Assembly (NCBI GenBank): GCA_030141605.1
Contig: JAQGDQ010002423.1
Location: 1 to 51,788 of the forward strand
Origin: Tubiluchus corallicola
Lineage: Eukaryota; Animalia; Priapulida
Length of the DNA stretch: 51,788 nt
Direction: 5' to 3'
Shown: one piece after another, positions 41,302 through 48,902 of the stretch
Layout of the letters: each line of letters opens with the position of its first letter
Numbering within the stretch: position 1 is the first letter of the stretch
The notes under the pieces: model-generated
What the model saw: the letters and a program-made list of their open reading frames with translations, nothing else
What the model was told of the DNA's origin: nothing
Database searches by the model: none
Program-made: the position numbers and the translations under genes

Positions 41302-42387
41302 ATGCTTGCCCTCAAAGCAGATATACAAATAGGGAATGCTCAGTTCACACGCGTTAATAGTGTGGAAATAAAAAAGGTTACCAAGCAATTGGCCAATACC
41401 TGTACTATCAAACTACCTATTACTGAACATCTCAAACGCACCACCGAAGAAGGTAAAGAGGATATAACTACTTCAACAAATATAGCTCAAGCGTTCAAGC
41501 CGGGAGACCCCGTAAATGTACAGCTTGGCTATAACAATGACTTGCGAAATGAGTTCAAAGGCTTTGTAACTACCATAGACCCCCAAACACCCCTCAGCGT
41601 AGAATGCGAAGACTATACTTACTGGTTCAAACGAGCACAAGTACCAGCAAAAACCTATCGGAAAACAACACTTAAAGAAATCTTAAATGAAGTGCTAAAA
41701 GCTGTAAACGACAATGAGAATATAAAAGAATTAGAGATAAATATAGGTTTGGACGACAACATACCCGACATTACCCTCGAACCTTTTTACATAAAATCAG
41801 GAGAAACCGCAGCCTTTGTAATCAATAAATTTATTAAGGAATTCGGACTCTGTGCCTATTTTACACCCGACGACAAGCTCTTTGTAGGTCAAGCCTATGA
41901 GCAAGCAACAGGCAAGGTAATATACGCACTATCAGGCAGTCAACAAAATGTGATTAAAAACGAACTGAAATTTCGCACCTCAGAACAAACGCAAGTGCAA
42001 ATAGAAGCCGTAGGAATATCCAAAGACGATAAAAGAATAACAGTAACCCTACCAGAAGAACTAGAGGGAGTAGTAGGTAAACGACCCTTTTTCTATTACA
42101 ATATAGGCCCCTTAAATACTGAGGCTGAAAAAAAAGAAGCACAAAAACACCTCACCACCTATGCTCAAGAACAACTAAAAAAAATAAGATACGATGGCTA
42201 CGATGGAAGCATCACCACATTTCTAGAACCACCCGTAGAACCTAACTACGAAGCAGAGATAAGAGACTTAAAGTTCGAAGAACGTAAAGGCACTTATTTC
42301 GTAGATAGTGTAACAACTACCTTCGGAGAGCAAGGGGCAAGACGCAAAATAGAACTAGGGATTAAAATAAGCAAAAGCACCGTTTAA
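41302..42387 (+). CDS. Baseplate hub protein (P2 gpD/Mu gp44-like)
   Basis: V.SVEI....LA.TC.IKLP, F..GD.V.V.LGY, EF.GFV, ECED, YDGY.G..T.F and G.Y.V..V...F...GARR motifs. Confidence 0.8.
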   Translation: MLALKADIQIGNAQFTRVNSVEIKKVTKQLANTCTIKLPITEHLKRTTEEGKEDITTSTNIAQAFKPGDPVNVQLGYNNDLRNEFKGFVTTIDPQTPLSVECEDYTYWFKRAQVPAKTYRKTTLKEILNEVLKAVNDNENIKELEINIGLDDNIPDITLEPFYIKSGETAAFVINKFIKEFGLCAYFTPDDKLFVGQAYEQATGKVIYALSGSQQNVIKNELKFRTSEQTQVQIEAVGISKDDKRITVTLPEELEGVVGKRPFFYYNIGPLNTEAEKKEAQKHLTTYAQEQLKKIRYDGYDGSITTFLEPPVEPNYEAEIRDLKFEERKGTYFVDSVTTTFGEQGARRKIELGIKISKSTV

Positions 42388-42401
42388 ATATAATTTGAAA
42401 T

Positions 42402-43211
42402 ATGAGCAAGAAATTAGAACAACTTGGTGAAGCTATCAAACAAATAGTCGACGTACCAGTACAAATTATTACCGCCATTGTTACCGAAGTAGATGAAAAC
42501 AACTATACCTGTACTGTAACCGACCCGCAAGATAATGAACTTATAGATGTACAGCTAAGAGCCAACATAATAGATTTTGAAACAGACGAAGACAAGCGAG
42601 GTGCTGTAACCATACCTGCCATAGGTAGCAACGTACTTGTAGGCAAGGTAGGCAATAGTAATGAACGATTGTATATAGCACAATGTAGTGTAGTAGACAA
42701 GGTACTATATTTAGGAGATACTACCAAGCTCAATATCAACAACGAAACCATAGATGTAGAAGTAGGCGAATCAAAACTCAATATCAACAACGAAACCATA
42801 GATGTAGAAGTAGGCGAATCAAAACTCAATATCAACAACGAAACCATAGATGTAAAAGTAGGCGAGTCAACCCTAAATATAAAAGACGAAACCATAGATG
42901 TAAAAGTAGGCGAGTCAACCCTAAATATAAAAGACAAACTGTTTACCTTCAATGGCGGGAAAAATGGAGAGCTTATCAACATAGATGACCTTACGATTAA
43001 GCTCAACAATCTGGTTAGCGAAGTAAACGCTATAAAAGACGAATACGACAGTCATACCCACACTATACCTGCAAAGACCCCTATAACTACCTCAGCAGGG
43101 TCTGGAACTATTACCTCAAAGGTAACTACCTCTAAAACGAGTAAACCGGTGACTGATGATGCTAGTTCTTTTAGCAAAGAAAATTATAAGGACGGTAAAA
43201 TAACACATTAA
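42402..43211 (+). CDS. Baseplate spike protein (gpV/gp45-like) with an expanded beta-helix
   Basis: OB-fold-like P..GS.VLV, 16-aa repeats, FNGG.NG.L and a C-terminal HTH (HxH) tip motif. Confidence 0.75.
   Translation: MSKKLEQLGEAIKQIVDVPVQIITAIVTEVDENNYTCTVTDPQDNELIDVQLRANIIDFETDEDKRGAVTIPAIGSNVLVGKVGNSNERLYIAQCSVVDKVLYLGDTTKLNINNETIDVEVGESKLNINNETIDVEVGESKLNINNETIDVKVGESTLNIKDETIDVKVGESTLNIKDKLFTFNGGKNGELINIDDLTIKLNNLVSEVNAIKDEYDSHTHTIPAKTPITTSAGSGTITSKVTTSKTSKPVTDDASSFSKENYKDGKITH
42726..42935 (+). repeat. 48-bp coding tandem repeat, about 4.4 copies
   Basis: KLNINNETIDVEVGES twice, then KLNINNETIDVKVGES, TLNIKDETIDVKVGES and TLNIKD. Confidence 0.9.
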
Positions 43212-43223
43212 ACAACAAGCACT

Positions 43224-43529
43224 ATGAACCCACAAGATATAGCACTTATAACTGATGAAGAATCGCCCGACTATTTAGACTTACTAATAGAAAATGGCGA
43301 CTTCGTCATCAACAACGCCACTAACCAGCACCAACTGCTACTACTACTGGCACACAAAGGACATATAAAAGAATACCCAGTAGCAGGTGTAGGTATCAGA
43401 GATTATCTACTTAATGAAGGACTGGAAGGACTAGGAAAGAAATATTAAAAGTTCAAAGATGGTATGAGGATAGACATATTAGAACTGAAACAAGACGGAA
43501 AACTGGAAATTCAAGCACCGTATAAATAA
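43224..43529 (+). pseudogene. Baseplate sheath-initiator-like protein (gp25/gp46-like) with an in-frame stop
   Basis: DL.I.NGDF.I.....QH..LLL...KG..KEYP..GVGI..YL. TAA at 43446-48 is followed in frame by KFKDGMRIDILELKQDGKLEIQAPYK*. Confidence 0.65.
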
Positions 43530-43535
43530 TAAAAA

Positions 43536-43910
43536 ATGATAACAAAACTTGTAGTACACTGCACAGCTACTCCCAACGGACGGCATACTAGCGCGGAGGA
43601 AATAAACCATTGGCACAAGCAAAGGGGATGGCGCAAAATAGGCTACCATTATATTATCTACACCGATGGTATAATAGAAAAAGGAAGAGAGGAGGAAGAG
43701 CAGGGAGCTCATTGTAAAGGACATAACAAAAACTCCTTAGGCATAGCCCTGGTAGGCACTGATAGCTTCTCGCTCGCACAGCTTACCAACTTATTTAGGC
43801 TACTCACAGAACTCAAAAAGAAGCACAAACAAGCAACCATACACGGACACAATGAATTCAGCAATAAAACGTGTCCTGGTTTTAATCTTAAAAAGCTATT
43901 ATTACAATAA
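43536..43910 (+). CDS. N-acetylmuramoyl-L-alanine amidase (T7 lysozyme-like endolysin)
   Basis: Motifs VVHCTAT, IGYHY, GAHCKGHN..S.GI and HGHNEF..KTCPGF. Confidence 0.92.
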   Translation: MITKLVVHCTATPNGRHTSAEEINHWHKQRGWRKIGYHYIIYTDGIIEKGREEEEQGAHCKGHNKNSLGIALVGTDSFSLAQLTNLFRLLTELKKKHKQATIHGHNEFSNKTCPGFNLKKLLLQ

Positions 43911-44146
43911 TGAACAGCGAATTTCACCCCGTGGACTGGAGTAAACTTACAAACAAGGAAATGCTTATACTGCTCAACGACCGTGTAAATCGTTTAGAGG
44001 GTAAAATACATCGTCTCCCAGAAAGAGTAAAACTAGTAGAAGAAAAACAAAAGTCGCAAGGCAAATATATAGGAATCGTAGCAGGTATTATAGGTAGTAT
44101 TATTGCTAGCATAATTACCTTTAGCGACCTGTTTCGCTCTTCTTAG
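43910..44146 (+). CDS. Small membrane protein, holin-like candidate
   Basis: Coiled coil plus one C-terminal transmembrane helix; overlaps the endolysin stop. Confidence 0.55.
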   Translation: MNSEFHPVDWSKLTNKEMLILLNDRVNRLEGKIHRLPERVKLVEEKQKSQGKYIGIVAGIIGSIIASIITFSDLFRSS

Positions 44147-44228
44147 TGTGCTTTGCAGCAAAGAGATGATAATAACAAAGAAACGGTAAAAAACAGTTGG
44201 CTATCTATACCGTAAAATTAGTATAAAT

Positions 44229-44444
44229 ATGAAACTTTACAAACTTATTAATGTATATAGGTTAGTACCACGCTTAGCATCGGTACTATTTGGCTATACC
44301 TACTACCAATCTCTACAATGGTATCTCTTACTTGATACTCAAACAATAGAGCAAACTACTTTTATTACAGGCTTTACCGCCTGCATAGTAGGCTGGTTTA
44401 AATTCTATATGTCAGGCAACAAAACAAACGAAGATACACAATGA
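44229..44444 (+). CDS. Two-TM small protein, holin candidate
   Basis: Two hydrophobic segments; located in the lysis cluster. Confidence 0.55.
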   Translation: MKLYKLINVYRLVPRLASVLFGYTYYQSLQWYLLLDTQTIEQTTFITGFTACIVGWFKFYMSGNKTNEDTQ

Positions 44445-44608
44445 AAACATTATTACTAAAACTACTCATAGGCTTTGTGCTTGGTTTTGCAGCAGGCAAC
44501 CTGTTTTATGCAGCATTTTTGCAAAAGCCGCAAACGCAAGTCAGAAAACTAAAACAAAAAGGGAGAAACAATACACAACCTATAATTATTGAAACCCAAG
44601 AGAAATAA
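44441..44608 (+). CDS. Small N-terminally anchored membrane protein (55 aa)
   Basis: MKTLLLKLLIGFVLGFAAGNLFYAAFLQKPQ...; translationally coupled on both sides (ATGA and TAATG). Confidence 0.55.
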   Translation: MKTLLLKLLIGFVLGFAAGNLFYAAFLQKPQTQVRKLKQKGRNNTQPIIIETQEK

Positions 44609-44829
44609 TGGAAATACAAGCAAAACAAAACCATAGTCAAGCAGACATAGCTATTAAATACTATGGCAACATAGAACAAGGTATAGTGCAGCTAGCAAAA
44701 GACAATCACCTTGTTGTAGGAGAAGAATTACAAAAAGGCACTACACTTTCTTTACAAGAATCTGTAGACTTCGCCAACGAACGCGTGGTTGAAGCCCTAC
44801 GGAACGAAGAAGTAGCCTCAAACAATTAA
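44608..44829 (+). CDS. LysM-like tail protein X
   Basis: QS..DIAI.YYG..E.....LA..N pattern; lies before the baseplate J-like gene. Confidence 0.7.
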   Translation: MEIQAKQNHSQADIAIKYYGNIEQGIVQLAKDNHLVVGEELQKGTTLSLQESVDFANERVVEALRNEEVASNN

Positions 44830-44842
44830 AAAAATAATAAAT

Positions 44843-45646
44843 ATGGCACGTACAAGAGAAGAAATTCAAGAACAGATAGAAACAGAAATAAAAAAAAATC
44901 TACCCCAACTAAACAGCAACAGCCAAACGGCTATTTGGCGACTTTGGGTCTATATATACAGTGTAGTGATAGCTAGCTTTGAACTTATTCTAGACCAATT
45001 TAAAACTGAAATAGAAGCTCGCACAGAAGAACGTAGAGTAGGCACATTGCAATGGTACGTGCAGCTGGCAAAAAACTTTCAACTTGGCGATTCGCTGGTA
45101 ATTAACGAAGCAGGCAACTTGACTTACAAAACCATAGACCCCAATAAGCAAATAATAAGTGTGGCAGCAGCAATACAAGGACCTAATAAGCTAAAAATAT
45201 TAGTAGCCAAAGACAACGAAAGCAAAGAACTGGAAAAGCTGAGCAGCCAAGAACTTAGCTTATTTATTGCCTATATAGAAGAAGCTAAATTTGCAGGTAC
45301 AGACATACTCTCCGATAGCAAAAATGCAGACCTTATCTCCTTTGAAGTTGATATATACTACAACTTAGAAATATCCAAAGACAAAATACAGGAACGTATA
45401 GATGAGGCTTTAGACGGATTCAAAAAAAGCATAGCTTTTAATGGACAATGGGTACGTAACGACTTCTTATCTGCCATCAAAAACGTGGAAGGGGTAGAGG
45501 ATGTTAGCATTACACTAATACAAGTAAAGCCCGAAGGAGAACCTCTGCAAGACATTACCAACCAACGTACCTACGAAACAATGGCAGGCTATTTCAACTA
45601 CGAAAACAAAACATACAACTATCCAGAATTTAACCCCACATCTTAA
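44843..45646 (+). CDS. Baseplate wedge protein (J-like)
   Basis: MART..EI, S.TAIWRLW.Y, GTL.WY...A..FQ.GD, K.AG and Y...AGYF motifs. Confidence 0.8.
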   Translation: MARTREEIQEQIETEIKKNLPQLNSNSQTAIWRLWVYIYSVVIASFELILDQFKTEIEARTEERRVGTLQWYVQLAKNFQLGDSLVINEAGNLTYKTIDPNKQIISVAAAIQGPNKLKILVAKDNESKELEKLSSQELSLFIAYIEEAKFAGTDILSDSKNADLISFEVDIYYNLEISKDKIQERIDEALDGFKKSIAFNGQWVRNDFLSAIKNVEGVEDVSITLIQVKPEGEPLQDITNQRTYETMAGYFNYENKTYNYPEFNPTS

Positions 45647-45650
45647 AAAT

Positions 45651-46220
45651 ATGGCGTTTCTCAACATAAATATCAATAGCTACTTGAACAGTCTACTATA
45701 CCCCGCTGTTAAAAAGGCAAAGCAGGTATTGTGGCTACAATCACTATTTAGCCCAGTAAAACAACAAGCCGAAGAGTACCAATTATTTAGAGACACAGCT
45801 TGGTTCAATATAGGTGTTAATGCACAAACTTTGGTTTTTGAAAACTACCTCAACCGACTATATACTGAAAACTACGATGAGATAAATGACTTTAATAAAC
45901 CCATCACCGAACCCGGAACAAAGCGTATATTTATCAAAAACTTTGAAGGAATAGACTCTGATTTCATCTCTGATGAAGAGGAAGACTTAGATTTTGTGCT
46001 TACTAGTGCCGAAGGAGAAGATCCTGAAATATCTATCAATGTAACAGCCGAGGGAGAACTTGACCTCGCCCAATTAGGAGACTTTTCGGTACTTGTTTTA
46101 GACAATATAAGAAGTACACAACAGAAAATAGACGAATTGATGCCACAAATACAAGCCACAGTAGAAAAAGTGAAAGTAGCTAACAGACAAGGTGTACTAT
46201 TATTAGTAGCAGCATCGTAA
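45651..46220 (+). CDS. Baseplate wedge protein (gpI-like)
   Basis: WL..L..P and N.Q....E..LN..Y motifs; directly after the J-like gene. Confidence 0.65.
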   Translation: MAFLNININSYLNSLLYPAVKKAKQVLWLQSLFSPVKQQAEEYQLFRDTAWFNIGVNAQTLVFENYLNRLYTENYDEINDFNKPITEPGTKRIFIKNFEGIDSDFISDEEEDLDFVLTSAEGEDPEISINVTAEGELDLAQLGDFSVLVLDNIRSTQQKIDELMPQIQATVEKVKVANRQGVLLLVAAS

Positions 46221-46227
46221 AAAAAGA

Positions 46228-46341
46228 CCCCCAGCTTCAATCCTCTGACAAAGGTTAAAAATAAGCACGTTAAATGCGCTTTACTGGGGGCTTATAGCCT
46301 CTCTGAGCAGTCAACGTGCTTTTTACTTTTCTTTGTCAGAG
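46228..46341 (+). ncRNA. Putative structured RNA or cis-regulatory element with crossing helices
   Basis: Three perfect complementary pairs: 46228-34/46284-90, 46243-53/46331-41 and 46263-71/46313-21. Confidence 0.5.
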
Positions 46342-46694
46342 AACGCAAATATAAGCTAATTTAAACAAAACAAAAAAAATGTGTGAAAAAATTAAAACCA
46401 GATAACAAAAATCTAGCTATGAAAAGTGAAGAAATAAGGCTTTAAATACCATTAAAACAATATTTAAAGCCTTGTTTGATAATATACCCTGATTTGTTCC
46501 ATATTTTTACCCCTCATTTGTTTTGACGATAATATATCAAGATAAAAGAACAAATTTAAAGTGAATTAAAAGTTAAGAGTTAATTAAAAATAAACTAAGT
46601 TTAAAAACATTTTGTAGGAAATAATAAAATATTTATTTTTGCTATTCAAAGCTTATGTGAAGTGCATAGATACATTCCTCTTAAAAAAAACAAA

Positions 46695-47351
46695 ATGAAA
46701 AAACAACCACAAATAGCTATTATCCTTTCAGGTTGCGGAGTTTATGATGGGTCAGAAATACACGAAGTTGTTCTTACAATGCTTGCCGTAGATAAAAACA
46801 ATGCCCGATATACTTTATTTGCTCCTGATATACCGCAATATCATGTTGTCAATCATATTACAGGAGAAGAGCAACAAGAAACAAGAAATGTACTAGTAGA
46901 GGCATCCAGAATAGCACGAGGCAAGATAGAGCTATTATCGTGTTTTGACCCTAAAAAATATGATGCTCTGATACTACCGGGTGGTTTTGGGGCGGCTAAA
47001 AATTTGTCTAACTTTGCTTTTAAAGGGGAGGGTTTTAGCATATACAAAGAGGTAGAACAGGCCTTGAAGCAAATGGCACAGCTCAACAAACCCATTGGAG
47101 CATTGTGTATAGCACCTGTTATACTGGCTAAAATATTTGAAAAAGTAAGAGTAACTATAGGACAAGATGAAGATACAGCTGTAACTGTTGAAAAGTTAGG
47201 GGCTGTGCATACTCAAGCAACTCATAACGAGATAATCGTAGATGAAAAGCACAAAGTAGTAACTACACCTTGTTATATGCTGGATGTAAGTATCTCTCAA
47301 GTAAATGAAGGTATCAATAAACTTGTAGAACAAGTGTTGAAATTAATATAG
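46695..47351 (+). CDS. elbB: Glyoxalase ElbB (ES1/DJ-1 family)
   Basis: Motifs LSGCGVYDGSEIHE, ASRIARG, PGGFGAAKNL, CIAP and TTPCYM; probable start ATG 46695. Confidence 0.93.
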   Translation: MKKQPQIAIILSGCGVYDGSEIHEVVLTMLAVDKNNARYTLFAPDIPQYHVVNHITGEEQQETRNVLVEASRIARGKIELLSCFDPKKYDALILPGGFGAAKNLSNFAFKGEGFSIYKEVEQALKQMAQLNKPIGALCIAPVILAKIFEKVRVTIGQDEDTAVTVEKLGAVHTQATHNEIIVDEKHKVVTTPCYMLDVSISQVNEGINKLVEQVLKLI

Positions 47352-47537
47352 TTGTAACCTACCTCAGTATTCTTGTTATTTTCTTTCACAAAAAAGAAGA
47401 TGTCCGATTGTCGAGTTTACTGTTTGCTTTTTTTAAACAGGAAACGCTTTTAAAAGGATAGAACAATATTAAACAAGAGATAAGGAATATAAGAAGAAAC
47501 AAATATCTTATTTGCTACGAGGGGGGGGTAGTTATTT

Positions 47538-48788
47538 TTATTTGTCCCGTATCACTCCATCACCTTGTATTATCCACTTGTAACTTGTTAGTTCCTCTAA
47601 GGCCATCGGTCCCCGAGCATGTAGTTTCTGTGTACTGATGCCTATCTCTGCTCCCAATCCAAACTGCGCCCCATCAGTGAAAGCAGTAGATACGTTGGCA
47701 TAAACAGATGAGGCATCTACTAATTTCAAGAACTTATTAATGTTTTCACTATTTTCAGATATAATAGCCTCGCTGTGCATAGAGCTGTATTGGTTGATGT
47801 GGTCTATGGCTTCGTCTATATTTTCTACAGTTTTAATAGACATTTTATGCGATAAAAACTCTGTGCCAAAGGAGGATGTATTTGCCTTTTGTAGCAATTC
47901 GGTTGGATAATTGCCTTGTAGTGCTTTAAAAGAAAATTTGTCTGCATAGATAACCACATTGCTACTTTCCATTTCTTTTATTATTTGTGGTAGTTCGGCA
48001 AGACGTTTTTTGTGTATTACAAGGCAGTCCAAAGCATTGCACACACTTACTCTACGTGTTTTGGCATTCACTATTACTTTAGCTCCTTTTTTCAAATCAG
48101 CAAACTCGTCAAAATAGGTATGTACAATACCTGCTCCTGTTTCTATTACAGGTATAGAGGCATTTTCTCTCACAAAGTTGATAAGTCCTTGACTGCCTCT
48201 AGGTATAATTAAATCCACATAGCCGTGAGCATTTAATAAGTCAGCAGCAGCTTCACGTTCAGCAGGCAGCAGGGTAATAGTATCTTCGTTCAACTGATGT
48301 TTTTTCAATACTTCTTTTATAATCTTTGTTATAGCCATATTGCTATCGTGAGCATCGCTACCGCCTTTAAGCATACAAGCGTTACCTGATTTAAGGCATA
48401 GGGCAAACACATCTACTGTTACATTGGGACGTGCCTCGTATATGATACCTATCACACCAAAAGGCACAGTTTCTTTTGTTATTTGCAAGCCATTGGGTTG
48501 AGTTTTATTCATCAAGGTTTTGCCTAATGGAGAGGGTAGACTGGCTACATTGCGTGTGTCGTGAGCAATACTTTTTATGCGTTCGGTAGTCAATAACAAT
48601 CTATCGTATTTAGGATCATCTTCGTTCATACGTGCAAGGTCTTTTTTGTTTTCAGCAAGTATGTAAGGCGTTTTTTCTACTATGGCATTGGCTACATTGT
48701 TAAGAACGGCATTGATAGTTTTTGTGTCTAAAAGTAATATGCTTTTACTGGCTTTTTTTATGTTTTCAAAGGCTTGTTTGTTTTTCAT
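47538..48788 (-). CDS. proA: Gamma-glutamyl phosphate reductase
   Basis: Motifs [24 protein letters not shown] and [16 protein letters not shown]. Confidence 0.96.
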   Translation of the reverse strand: MKNKQAFENIKKASKSILLLDTKTINAVLNNVANAIVEKTPYILAENKKDLARMNEDDPKYDRLLLTTERIKSIAHDTRNVASLPSPLGKTLMNKTQPNGLQITKETVPFGVIGIIYEARPNVTVDVFALCLKSGNACMLKGGSDAHDSNMAITKIIKEVLKKHQLNEDTITLLPAEREAAADLLNAHGYVDLIIPRGSQGLINFVRENASIPVIETGAGIVHTYFDEFADLKKGAKVIVNAKTRRVSVCNALDCLVIHKKRLAELPQIIKEMESSNVVIYADKFSFKALQGNYPTELLQKANTSSFGTEFLSHKMSIKTVENIDEAIDHINQYSSMHSEAIISENSENINKFLKLVDASSVYANVSTAFTDGAQFGLGAEIGISTQKLHARGPMALEELTSYKWIIQGDGVIRDK

Positions 48789-48902
48789 TGACGTTTGGGG
48801 TGTTTTGTATTTATATTAATTACAAATATAGAATTTTATTTTGTTAATAGTTTTTTCAAGTAAGCAGGGTATTTTCTTTTGCCTTAGTACGTCCTATTTC
48901 CT

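Larger units (their letters stand above)
23089..46537. mobile_element. Mu-like (transposable) prophage-derived element, headless, tail module retained
   Basis: The gene content and order match Bacteroidota Mu-like phages. Imperfect inverted end motifs lie at 23098-23116 and 46506-46525. Boundaries are approximate. Confidence 0.8.

Noticed and set aside
36600-46220. Afp/PVC/BIS-type eCIS or T6SS
   Set aside because: There is no AAA ATPase (Afp15), Afp16-like cap or membrane complex. Gene order, head remnants and lysis genes point to a Mu-like phage origin.
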